From a virus (Duplodnaviria > Caudoviricetes): DNA of 32,888 nt. A program made the translations under genes and the position numbers. The notes under the pieces are model-generated. The model saw only the letters and a list, made by a program, of their open reading frames with translations, was not told the DNA's origin and did not search any database. The stretch's first letter is position 1; every line of letters starts with the position of its first letter. Shown here piece by piece: positions 17,738 through 25,831 of the stretch. The DNA lies in IMG/VR virus record IMGVR_UViG_3300030406_003741, positions 1-32,888 of that record; one strand, 5' to 3'.

Positions 17738-18673
17738 TTACCTCTTCCTGTGTTTGATGTCCAAACGAAACATTCGCTTGGGCTTTGAGTGCTTGGTTAG
17801 TTTCTTTGCGATCTCTGGGAACTCTTCTTTCAACCTTTTGAGGTCAATAGACTCTCTTCCCTTTTGCAGTTTCCAAGTAGCTTTTCCGCTGCTTGTAAAA
17901 AGTCCTGAGGACTCTCCAATACATGACTTGATTTCGTTCTGTAGCTTAGACTTGGTGGATTCCAGGGCTTTGATGTTGCGCTGTACTTCGTCCAACTCAA
18001 GCATCAGATCCTCTTCATCAATCGTAGCGCTACGCATTTCGACTGAGTTCTCGGGGAACTTTTCCTGTAGATAGTTAGAGGCCGCATTGGAGCCATCCAT
18101 ATCGGGCTGCTCGCCCTTAACGATGTGCTTCTCCCACCAGTCTCCAGCCACTTCTATCAGCCTGTTCTCTACAGCTTGATCTCTATGAACCGTGTACATG
18201 CGGAACTCATCATTAATCATGAAAAGCGCCGCATAGTCACAACGATCCATGTCTTTGCATGCCATGTACCAAGCACCTTGAGTAGCGTAGTACACGGGAA
18301 CCTTGGAGGTTCCAGTAGCTCCCCAGTCATCTGCTGATCGGGAGGTCTTTACTTCTAAAATAAAACGTGATACGTCGTTATCGACGTATCTATCGGGGGA
18401 AGCCAACATCCAAGGGTATTTTCCCTCTATTGGCATTTCCTCACCTGGGTGAAGCTTGAACCCAGTAAACTCGCCATACCACTGTGCGATAGCATCCTCA
18501 AGGATACGCCCTCGCATCATGGCGTAGTTCTCTTCACTTGGCTCAACCAACCCCATCTTTTCCACCCATACGTCCATGGGTGTTCTCCATTTAGATAGGC
18601 CGAGAATCGCCGCTATGTCTGATCCACCAAGACCTTTACGTCTGGCTTGGTGCCAATCTACGCTGTGCGCCAC
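17738..18673 (-). CDS. YqaJ-like viral recombinase exonuclease
   Basis: W..RRKGLGGSDIAAILGLSKWRTP, MLASPDR, ILEVKT, YYATQ..WYM. Adjacent to recT. Confidence 0.93.
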   Translation of the reverse strand: MAHSVDWHQARRKGLGGSDIAAILGLSKWRTPMDVWVEKMGLVEPSEENYAMMRGRILEDAIAQWYGEFTGFKLHPGEEMPIEGKYPWMLASPDRYVDNDVSRFILEVKTSRSADDWGATGTSKVPVYYATQGAWYMACKDMDRCDYAALFMINDEFRMYTVHRDQAVENRLIEVAGDWWEKHIVKGEQPDMDGSNAASNYLQEKFPENSVEMRSATIDEEDLMLELDEVQRNIKALESTKSKLQNEIKSCIGESSGLFTSSGKATWKLQKGRESIDLKRLKEEFPEIAKKLTKHSKPKRMFRLDIKHRKR

Positions 18674-18676
18674 AGG

Positions 18677-18713
18677 TTGCCTCCTAATCCGCTAATGGGC
18701 TATGATGTTTTCA
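18677..18713 (+). promoter_or_regulatory. Putative sigma70-type promoter for a leaderless mRNA
   Basis: TTGCCT(18677)-N18-TATGAT(18701)-N6-ATG(18713). No SD. Confidence 0.45.
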
Positions 18714-18898
18714 TGGCAAAGAAACTTGGAAATACTCGTGTGGCTCGTGCCGCAAAATATGTGCAGCGCCAAATTGATAACGGGGAAGACCGCAGGCAAG
18801 CCCTCGAACGAGGGCGAAGGCTTGCCGAGGCTGGTCTTCTTGCTGAGAATGGGACTGTCATCCCTGCTCATCCTGACGACGCTCATCTTAGGAACTAG
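18713..18898 (+). CDS. Small basic helical protein, 61 aa, opposite strand to its neighbours
   Basis: Occupies an otherwise empty gap, protein-like helical sequence, promoter geometry upstream. Confidence 0.55.
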   Translation: MAKKLGNTRVARAAKYVQRQIDNGEDRRQALERGRRLAEAGLLAENGTVIPAHPDDAHLRN

Positions 18899-19466
18899 CC
18901 TTTCCGCGACCACGCTTAGGCTGGTCCTCGGTTGATGCCTTATCCTTCTTGAGGCTTGCAAGGGTCTCGTTTACGGACACCTGGCCCTCTGCGAGCAGAG
19001 TAAGAAGCTTCTCAAGGTTTCCGTTTTCGTTTTTAGAATCCGTGGTCACGTTGACGTTCACGATGGGAGCGCCATTCTGGTAGATCAACTCTTCAGCATT
19101 GTTTTGATCTGCCCAGCGAACACCGAGAATGAGCGTAGGAACTCCGTCCTCTTCTCGCGTTTCGAACTCATAGCCACAAGGCTGCCAGTCTCCATTCGGT
19201 TGCTGGTTGACCAGAGTCTTCTTCTGGCCATCCAGGCAAGCAGAAACCATGTTGAACCAAGTAGGCTCATCAACAGCGTTGAGAATGTTTGGAATGCGCC
19301 ATCGCGAGATAAGATCTCGGGTTCGGAAAGATGGATCTACTTCCTGAAGAGTCTTTGTGATCATTCGGCTTCCAACGCTTTCAAGCAATGAAACGTCGAT
19401 GATCTTAGCCGCAGACTCTTGGTCTCCAAGTCGAAGGCTTTTAGGTTCGTTTGGGATAATGTTCAT
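18888..19466 (-). CDS. Hypothetical protein (~192 aa; start 19466 or 19520)
   Basis: Long ORF with a basic C-terminal tail (PKRGRGK). TTGACA at 19544-19539 upstream on the minus strand. Confidence 0.7.
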   Translation of the reverse strand: MNIIPNEPKSLRLGDQESAAKIIDVSLLESVGSRMITKTLQEVDPSFRTRDLISRWRIPNILNAVDEPTWFNMVSACLDGQKKTLVNQQPNGDWQPCGYEFETREEDGVPTLILGVRWADQNNAEELIYQNGAPIVNVNVTTDSKNENGNLEKLLTLLAEGQVSVNETLASLKKDKASTEDQPKRGRGKASS

Positions 19467-19588
19467 GGTGACACCATTGTATTGGGTTGATTGGGCTAAA
19501 ACTGTCCGCACCACAAACATTGTTCATTGCGTGAGCCCTGTCAATGGTGGGGTTAGCTTTTGCGCCCACTGTATGATAGGTAACACAC

Positions 19589-19825
19589 ATGGAAAAGACA
19601 TCCAAGATTTTCGGTCAGAATCTTCATTGGCTCATTGCCGTTTCAGGCAAGGGTATGAGGGAGTTCTCTCGTGAGCACAACATCAGCTATTCGCTACTGA
19701 AGAAGTACACTTCGGGAGCAGTGATGCCTCGCCACAATCGAGTTCTGTACCTGTCCAAGGTTCTTGGGGTATCCCCTGGTTCTCTATTGTTTGATGACCT
19801 TGTTCCTGATGTTGAGGAGGTGTGA
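19589..19825 (+). CDS. XRE/Cro-C1 type helix-turn-helix regulator
   Basis: FGQNL..GMREFSREHNISYSLLKKYTSGAVMP..LSKVLGVSPGSLL. Confidence 0.85.
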   Translation: MEKTSKIFGQNLHWLIAVSGKGMREFSREHNISYSLLKKYTSGAVMPRHNRVLYLSKVLGVSPGSLLFDDLVPDVEEV

Positions 19826-20325
19826 TGATTTATCTTGGAGTGGATCCCGGCAAAGATGGAGCGATTGTGGCTATCGATGATGCGGGCAAAGTAGTTGGTT
19901 CTTGGATGACCAAACCCGAGTTCACTGTACCAATCGGAAAAGGCAGTAAGCGCGAGTACGCCGAATATCGAATGGCTGAAGCGATTCAAAGCCTGGTTGA
20001 TAAGGACCGCGTGTATGCAGCGGTGGAAAAACAAGGCGCTCGTCCTGGGCAGGGTGGCACCAGCATGCTGTCAATCGGCCTTGGTTGGGGTTTGTGGCGT
20101 GGTATTTTAGCGAGCTATGAAGTTCCTGTAATCAGTGTTCATCCTAAAACGTGGATGAGTCGAGTCCTCAGAGACGCTCCCGGTGTTGGAAAAGGCAGAT
20201 CTATTCTCGTGTGCGAACAACGTGTGCCCGATTTAGACCTCCGCCCTGGGCGTAAAACAAAGGCTCATGATGGGCTTGCAGACGCTGCATGCATCGCTTT
20301 GTATGCCCTCATGGAGATGAGATGA
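19822..20325 (+). CDS. RuvC-like Holliday junction resolvase
   Basis: YLGVDPGKDGAI, AVEKQ, VHPKTW, HDGLADAACIALY. Confidence 0.88.
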   Translation: MMIYLGVDPGKDGAIVAIDDAGKVVGSWMTKPEFTVPIGKGSKREYAEYRMAEAIQSLVDKDRVYAAVEKQGARPGQGGTSMLSIGLGWGLWRGILASYEVPVISVHPKTWMSRVLRDAPGVGKGRSILVCEQRVPDLDLRPGRKTKAHDGLADAACIALYALMEMR

Positions 20326-20355
20326 GGTCAGTTCGAGGGTTGTTCGGCATCGCTC

Positions 20356-20383
20356 TTGACAGGTCTTCTTTCTCCGCTATTCT
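20356..20383 (+). promoter_or_regulatory. Putative sigma70 promoter upstream of the replication genes
   Basis: TTGACA-N16-TATTCT. Confidence 0.55.
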
Positions 20384-20385
20384 GA

Positions 20386-21357
20386 ATGGACTTCACTTGG
20401 GATAAGGTAGGACTGGTGGGTAAAACGACATCGGACAAGTCGGGTTTTGTTTGTGGTTTTGATCTTTGGCAATCGGTTGCCAAGGCATTGCCTAAGCCCT
20501 GGATTGAAGATGCTGTCCACATAGACCTGTCCTGGTGGCATCAGAAAGAGCAACTGAAAACAGGCGCTCGACCGGGTCGCAGAAAGCTGGCATTACGTTG
20601 GGGTTGGGCGGAAAGAAAAGCCCGCCAAGTAGTTGAGGAGTTCGACAAGTCTCGTCCCAATGTTGTCCCAGTTTTGTCCCAGAAAAGCCAGCCTAAGAGC
20701 ACTCAAGTAGTTGAAATCACTACAGGCGGTCGTCCCAATGTTGTCCCAGTTTCGTCCCACGAAACCAGGATTCGTGAGGTATTTGACCTTTGGCATGTTT
20801 TGCAGAGGAAGAGGTCTGGACGGACAAACAAGATGACTGCTGGCAGGAAGAGAGTTCTGAGCGCAGCCTTGAAGTCTGGTCATTCAACTCAGGATTTGAT
20901 GCTTGTGATTCGAATGGCTTTCGAATACCCCGAAGGGGACTTTCTCGTCGATGGCTGGAGAAAGGGTGGCTACATGGACATTACCAATCTTCTCAACCGA
21001 GAGAAGGTGGATCGTAATGTCACGCTTGCTAATGAGCGATGGGATGGGTCCGATTGGATCTTCGAAGGTCAAGTCGATCAAGAACGACAGGAGATGAGTG
21101 AAAAGGCTTGGGCGTCTGTGGTTCAAGCAGTGGGTGAACTCGGATCAGAACCAGCAATGTTTAGTCGAAATGATCGAATCAATGAGTCTATTCTGGCAGG
21201 ACTCGAAGCTATCGGGGGGTGGTGTGCTCTCGGGGATGCTGCGGGTGATTACGCCAGATCAAAGATGAGAGCAGCTTTTTGCGCTGCGTTCAACAATCAG
21301 CACAAGAACTTTAGGCAACCAATAAAATTAATGAACGAGGCAACCGTTGGGAAATAG
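20386..21357 (+). CDS. Phage replication initiator (lambda O-like architecture)
   Basis: N-terminal HTH-like GRRKLALRWGWAERKARQVV, internal iteron linker, position immediately before dnaB. Confidence 0.7.
   Translation: MDFTWDKVGLVGKTTSDKSGFVCGFDLWQSVAKALPKPWIEDAVHIDLSWWHQKEQLKTGARPGRRKLALRWGWAERKARQVVEEFDKSRPNVVPVLSQKSQPKSTQVVEITTGGRPNVVPVSSHETRIREVFDLWHVLQRKRSGRTNKMTAGRKRVLSAALKSGHSTQDLMLVIRMAFEYPEGDFLVDGWRKGGYMDITNLLNREKVDRNVTLANERWDGSDWIFEGQVDQERQEMSEKAWASVVQAVGELGSEPAMFSRNDRINESILAGLEAIGGWCALGDAAGDYARSKMRAAFCAAFNNQHKNFRQPIKLMNEATVGK
20626..20759 (+). repeat. Iteron array / likely replication origin
   Basis: GTCCCA at 20654, 20665, 20676 and 20732, 20743, 20754 (11 bp period). Each triplet is preceded by CAAGTAGTTGA (20626, 20704). 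The two blocks are offset by 78 bp. Confidence 0.8.
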
Positions 21358-22738
21358 AAAGCTACACACTATTGAAATCGAAAAATCACTCCTTGGCGCA
21401 ATACTTCTGGATCACACAGTCATAGATGATGTGGATGGTTTGTTGTCTGCTGAGGACTTTTCAGTCACAACTCATGGGAATCTGTTTGGACTCCTTCAGT
21501 CTTTCAGAAGACAACGTAAGTACTTCGACTCACTGGTCTTAGTAAAGTTCGTGGCTGAGTCTGACACTCAGAAGTATGGTGACATCACTTCTATCGGAGC
21601 ATTAGGAGACGTGGCGTGTTTGTCTTTTAAAGCAACTCACTACGCTACTACGATCAAAGAAGCCTCGATCCGACGAAAGATGATGAGCACTTCCAGCAAG
21701 CTTGTCCAGAGTGCTTCAGACCCAAACATGGAACTCGACGAGCTTATAGAGTCTGCTCAGAAAGACCTGATGAATATCGCCGGTAACCAGTCAAAAACCG
21801 ATTGGCACACCGGCTCTGCTATGGCGATTGATGCTCAGTCCAGATGGGAACAGAGAGTCGAGCAAAACAAAAATCCGAACACGGTCAAGTTGACCACCGG
21901 GATTCCTGAACTCGACAATAAGCTTTGCAGTTTAGATCCTGGTCTAATCTTGCTTGCCGCTCGACCATCAATGGGCAAGACCGCTATGGCTTTGAACATT
22001 GCAGTTGAGGCACTGCGTTCAAACATACCCGTAGGGTTTTTTTCATTAGAGATGGATAGAGGCGCATTGATAGATCGAGTGGCGTCGTCATTGTCTGGTG
22101 TGGATTCGAGTAAGATCCGTAGCGGGTCATTGAACGTGAAAGATTGGGACAAGCTCGACAGTGACGCCTTAGAGTTCATTCACAATGCGCCATTCTATGT
22201 TCATGATGAGTCGGGTATCAGCGTGGCTAAGATTTCGGCAAAGGCGCGGCGTCTAAAGTCGATGTGTCCTGAGTTAGGTTTGATTATTGTGGACTACCTA
22301 CAGTTGATCAAACAACCAAACGCCGAAAGCGTAGAGCAATCAGTAGCCCAGATCTCTACTTCAATGAAGATTCTCTCTCGAAACCTATCGATTCCTGTCC
22401 TTTGCTTGGCTCAGTTAAATCGAGGTTGTGAAGCGCGTACAAATAAACGACCTAAGCTTTCGGACTTGAGAGGCTCTGGATCACTCGAACAGGATGCTGA
22501 TGTAGCAATCTTCTTGTACCGACATCACTACTATGACCCTAAGGCAAACCCGCATCATGCAGAGGCCATCATTGCCAAACAAAGAAACGGACCAACAGGT
22601 ACGGTCCTTCTGGATTGGGACGCACAACATCAGAAGTTCTCTGATCGTCTTGACGCGGTAGACAGCTACATAAAGAGAGCGTCGTATAGAAAGCGTGCTG
22701 ACATTGATGATGTGTACGAAAGTGGACAGGATTGGTGA
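21347..22738 (+). CDS. dnaB: Replicative DNA helicase DnaB
   Basis: AARPSMGKT Walker A, FFSLEM, IIVDYLQL, LAQLNR, RPKLSDLRGSGSLEQDAD, IAKQRNGPTG. TTG start. Confidence 0.97.
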   Translation: MGNRKLHTIEIEKSLLGAILLDHTVIDDVDGLLSAEDFSVTTHGNLFGLLQSFRRQRKYFDSLVLVKFVAESDTQKYGDITSIGALGDVACLSFKATHYATTIKEASIRRKMMSTSSKLVQSASDPNMELDELIESAQKDLMNIAGNQSKTDWHTGSAMAIDAQSRWEQRVEQNKNPNTVKLTTGIPELDNKLCSLDPGLILLAARPSMGKTAMALNIAVEALRSNIPVGFFSLEMDRGALIDRVASSLSGVDSSKIRSGSLNVKDWDKLDSDALEFIHNAPFYVHDESGISVAKISAKARRLKSMCPELGLIIVDYLQLIKQPNAESVEQSVAQISTSMKILSRNLSIPVLCLAQLNRGCEARTNKRPKLSDLRGSGSLEQDADVAIFLYRHHYYDPKANPHHAEAIIAKQRNGPTGTVLLDWDAQHQKFSDRLDAVDSYIKRASYRKRADIDDVYESGQDW

Positions 22739-22767
22739 TAGACTTTACTCCATCTTAGGAGTGAAAC

Positions 22768-23160
22768 ATGTCCCTGATTCCACGACTACTGTCTGACAGT
22801 GAAATCGAAAACATCGCAAAGCAAGTCGAATCTCCAGACTCTGGAGAGTACCACCCTTCTTCCCGTTGTCTACACGACAACAAAAGCGCTTGTCGCCATT
22901 GTCTGCCGATTCGTAAGCTGCTCTCGCATATTTATGCACTGGAGGCTTCTGGTAAATCAGGCAGCGCAAAAGCTACGGTCGGCGTCGTCCAGGTCGAAAT
23001 CAAACCTGGAGATGATGGAGTGTTGGGAACTGCCGACGATGTCGTCATTAAGAAAGCAGCGCCAAAGAAAGCGCCAGCAAAGAAGAAAGCGCCAGCAAAG
23101 AAAAAACCTGCTGCTAAAAAAGCAGCGCCCAAGAAGAAGTCCACTACCAAAAAATCCTAA
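22768..23160 (+). CDS. Protein with Cys/His N-terminus and histone H1-like (PAKKK) tail
   Basis: AGGAG SD. H..RC.H....CRHC, PGDDGVLGTADD, KKAAPKKAPAKKKAPAKKK. Confidence 0.75.
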   Translation: MSLIPRLLSDSEIENIAKQVESPDSGEYHPSSRCLHDNKSACRHCLPIRKLLSHIYALEASGKSGSAKATVGVVQVEIKPGDDGVLGTADDVVIKKAAPKKAPAKKKAPAKKKPAAKKAAPKKKSTTKKS

Positions 23161-23170
23161 AGGAGAGATC

Positions 23171-23275
23171 ATGGCATACGGAAAGAAGAGCCCAATGAAG
23201 AAAACATACGGGAAGAAGAGCCCGATGAAGAAGACATACGGGAAGAAGAAAGGCCCGATGAAGAAGGGCTATTAG
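23171..23275 (+). CDS. 34 aa repeat basic peptide MAYGKKSPMKKTYGKKSPMKKTYGKKKGPMKKGY
   Basis: Strong AAGGAG SD before ATG 23171. Three ~30 nt repeats with synonymous differences. Confidence 0.75.
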   Translation: MAYGKKSPMKKTYGKKSPMKKTYGKKKGPMKKGY

Positions 23276-23277
23276 CC

Positions 23278-23321
23278 AAAAACATGACACCCAGAGGGGT
23301 GGGTTCCCTCTGGGTGCATGT
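23278..23321 (-). terminator. Strong hairpin between convergent blocks; intrinsic terminator (U-tract on minus strand)
   Basis: CACCCAGAGGG(23288-98)/CCCTCTGGGTG(23306-16), extended by ACATG/CATGT. AAAAA at 23278-82. Confidence 0.75.
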
Positions 23322-23390
23322 ACACAAAGTCGGAAATTTAGAGGCAACCAAATTAACGACATGCTTAGTGTAATGTAAATCTCGTAACTG

Positions 23391-23744
23391 TCAATCTGTT
23401 TGAACTTCCAGATACGGATTGGAAGGTAAAGGGTTCAATGGCCTGCTCGGCAACCATGCAGTAATCATGGTGCCGTTTTCTTTGGGCCACTTTCCCCAGA
23501 CCAAACCGATCTTCTTGGCGCGGTAACGCAACGATCTGCGGGCTGACGTTATGTAAAGCAATGGTACGCCCGTGTTTGAGATGGAATTAACCGATAGTCT
23601 CGAACCCAAGGCTGTTTCGAAAGACGCAACAATACCAGATAGTTTGGGGTCTTCATGCCACGAAGCCCAGTACTTGGGTCTAACTTTTCTTTTTTGTATG
23701 CCTGTTTTTCGAAGTCGGTCTGATATAAGAAAACTCATGGTCAT
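23391..23744 (-). CDS. Hypothetical protein
   Basis: ORF with a purine-rich SD-like stretch before ATG 23744/23738. Start uncertain. Confidence 0.55.
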   Translation of the reverse strand: MTMSFLISDRLRKTGIQKRKVRPKYWASWHEDPKLSGIVASFETALGSRLSVNSISNTGVPLLYITSARRSLRYRAKKIGLVWGKWPKENGTMITAWLPSRPLNPLPSNPYLEVQTD

Positions 23745-23811
23745 CTCTCTTTTTCCAGAGGTAAGCACAACCGAACCCATTCGCCAACCGTTACAGGTCG
23801 GAGGAAGGGTG

Positions 23812-23985
23812 ATGTTAGATGGGCGTCTTGCAGAGGTACTCGACGCGGTTTGCCCTGTTTGTATGAGTCAAGGTGCTCCTTTTCCTCCGTACCTTCGGGT
23901 TCTATCAGGTACGTTCCAAGGGGCCACTTGGTGCGGTAGATGTCAGTGGGTAAGTGTAGCTCGCAACAATCGTGCTGCGCTCTAA
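23812..23985 (+). CDS. Small zinc-finger-like protein, 57 aa
   Basis: GGAGG SD. CPVC...CGRC. This is the 3' part of track ORF 23572-23985. Confidence 0.55.
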   Translation: MLDGRLAEVLDAVCPVCMSQGAPFPPYLRVLSGTFQGATWCGRCQWVSVARNNRAAL

Positions 23986-24200
23986 GAACAATGGTTGATA
24001 ACGAAGAAGGCTATCATTCCATAAAAAATCACATGCCAGCTAATCGCAAATCCAACGCCCATTGCGTGCCGTTTATCAAAAGCATCTGGATACTTGTGCA
24101 GAATGTAATGTCCTATGCATCGATACGTCAGAATGAACAGCGATAGGCTAATCAGGAAAATCCGAGACTCTTTCGGCATGTTTGTAATCAGATCTATCAT
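23982..24200 (-). CDS. Small two-TM membrane protein
   Basis: AAGGA SD. Two hydrophobic segments. Confidence 0.6.
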   Translation of the reverse strand: MIDLITNMPKESRIFLISLSLFILTYRCIGHYILHKYPDAFDKRHAMGVGFAISWHVIFYGMIAFFVINHCS

Positions 24201-24596
24201 TTAACAATCCTTGTTCGTTTTGCGTGGGATGACTGTGCCAGTTCCATCGGGTCTTATTACAATCCAAAGTTCGTAATGTACACCTCGATCTTTCCATGCA
24301 TTTGAAATGTGGTTGGACCAACGTATGACTCCGTTCATGGTGAATGATTTAGCCGGAGCGGTGCCGACTAAAGCGGAGCTTACTTCGCGCGTAGTTGCGC
24401 TGCAATCAGCGGAGAAGGCCAGGATGTCTGTGTCGTCCTCAACCTCGTACTGAACCATTCTCCAGGCCAACCAAAGCTGCACTACGATATAGTGTACAGG
24501 TGATACGGGTACGGCTTTGCCCTCAGCAACATCCAAAGCTTTGCGCCAGGTAGGTGCATGTGGGTTTCCAAATGGCATCGAAGGATAATCAGACAT
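24201..24596 (-). CDS. Hypothetical protein, 131 aa
   Basis: Perfect AAAGGAGG SD. Confidence 0.7.
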   Translation of the reverse strand: MSDYPSMPFGNPHAPTWRKALDVAEGKAVPVSPVHYIVVQLWLAWRMVQYEVEDDTDILAFSADCSATTREVSSALVGTAPAKSFTMNGVIRWSNHISNAWKDRGVHYELWIVIRPDGTGTVIPRKTNKDC

Positions 24597-24607
24597 CCAG
24601 GCCTCCT

Positions 24608-25132
24608 TTGGCTGAGACGATTCGTCAGGCGGAACATCGTGTTGATGTAGCTAGCGATATGATCAACGCTGGGTTTACAGACAGAGAGGTTCGACGCGCC
24701 TTGCAAGATAGGTTTGGTGTTACCAGGACCACTGCTTGGCGTGACGTTCGGGTTGTGTACGGGGGCAGGCGAACGGATAGAAAGCAAAACACCATCAAGA
24801 CGGAGTACTTTCCTGAACCAGAACAAGAGGACTTTGATCAGGCACTTGATGTTGACTGCTTGGATTTAGACATGTGCAAGCATGCAATGCAGGAAAACGA
24901 TCCGGCTGTTGTTCTTGTGGCATCACAACTGAAGCAACGAACCGGGACCGCATTCCGCATTCTGCTTGCCGATGACGAGGCACGGATTGCCATTCGTGTT
25001 CACTTGGAACACAAGAAGAAAGACAATCGCAGACTCGCTCGTGCGGGAGAGATCGGAGTTCCTAAGACAGAGTCAGACCGAGTTGAGGTCATGGCTCGTC
25101 TTCGAGATTACTCACGCCTCCGTATTCGGTGA
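24608..25132 (+). CDS. Helix-turn-helix DNA-binding protein (start uncertain: 24554/24572/24608/24659)
   Basis: GFTDREVRRALQDRFGVTRTTAWRDVRVV HTH pattern. Confidence 0.6.
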   Translation: MAETIRQAEHRVDVASDMINAGFTDREVRRALQDRFGVTRTTAWRDVRVVYGGRRTDRKQNTIKTEYFPEPEQEDFDQALDVDCLDLDMCKHAMQENDPAVVLVASQLKQRTGTAFRILLADDEARIAIRVHLEHKKKDNRRLARAGEIGVPKTESDRVEVMARLRDYSRLRIR

Positions 25133-25328
25133 CTCCACCTGGAAAAGGCACTCCCGTTATCTTCTCGTACACCTTGTTACGCTCATGCTCGGCAAGTAGC
25201 CAGCTTTCCTCTATGGATTTCCCATCGCTGAATGCTCGAAAGAAAACCAAGCGTGATGCTCCATTGCTTTTATCCAAAGCTTCTTGGTCGAACTTAACGT
25301 TTGGTGGTGTTCTATACGGCAGTGTCAT
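25089..25328 (-). CDS. Hypothetical protein
   Basis: ORF overlapping the end of the upstream gene. Start uncertain. Confidence 0.5.
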   Translation of the reverse strand: MTLPYRTPPNVKFDQEALDKSNGASRLVFFRAFSDGKSIEESWLLAEHERNKVYEKITGVPFPGGVTEYGGVSNLEDEP

Positions 25329-25593
25329 TGAAAGACTCGGCATATTTAGCAAGTGATTTCCAGTCTAATGCCTTCTTTCTACCGCTTGCAAACGCAGGGA
25401 ACTTTTTTAGTTCAACTCCCTTGGATCGCATTCGTCTAGCGACATGGTACATGTCTTGTCGGACTGCCTTGGTGTCCTCGAAACCCAACGCATTGATGAC
25501 CTGTCTCACGTTGTCGGAGCCTTGCCAGATGTGAACAAAGCGGTTGGCTGCACCGGGTTTGTTTTGAAGCCATTGTCTAAGATCATTCGTCAT
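25312..25593 (-). CDS. Small HTH-like protein (paralog of 25583-25831)
   Basis: GGAG SD before ATG 25593. F..IWQ.SDN..QV...LG.E...RSKGVELK.F...LDW..L. Confidence 0.7.
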   Translation of the reverse strand: MTNDLRQWLQNKPGAANRFVHIWQGSDNVRQVINALGFEDTKAVRQDMYHVARRMRSKGVELKKFPAFASGRKKALDWKSLAKYAESFNDTAV

Positions 25594-25831
25594 TGTACAT
25601 CTCCGCGACTTGAGACAGATCGTCCCAGTTGAGTTTGATGCTTGGTCGTCGCCCTCTACCAAAGCTCTTCAGGCCAACACCCTTGGAGCGATAGAAACAA
25701 GCTCTTGATCCAAGCTTTGATGCAGCATTCTGGGACCACTCGATCCCAAGCTTCTCAGCTACTTGCTTTGTATTGTCAGACGTTTGCCATGCCTCGATAA
25801 ACTTTCGAGCTTCGATTTTACTGACGTTCAT
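25583..25831 (-). CDS. Small HTH-like protein
   Basis: AGGAGG SD. FIEAWQTSDNTKQVAEKLGIE...RSKGVGLKSF...LNWDDL. Confidence 0.75.
   Translation of the reverse strand: MNVSKIEARKFIEAWQTSDNTKQVAEKLGIEWSQNAASKLGSRACFYRSKGVGLKSFGRGRRPSIKLNWDDLSQVAEMYNDE

Noticed and set aside
21347-22738. Intein in DnaB
   Set aside because: Normal length (463 aa) with contiguous helicase motifs.
22799-23170. N-terminal part of the 158 aa track ORF 22799-23275
   Set aside because: It is the +1 frame shadow of the histone-like gene; only the SD-led 34 aa end (23171-23275) is credible.
20626-23275. CRISPR array or DGR interpretation of the short repeats
   Set aside because: The repeats are iterons or coding repeats with no unique spacers, and no cas or reverse transcriptase gene is present.
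23572-23808. N-terminal part of track ORF 23572-23985
   Set aside because: Antisense to the 23391-23744 gene; the SD supports a start at 23809/23812.
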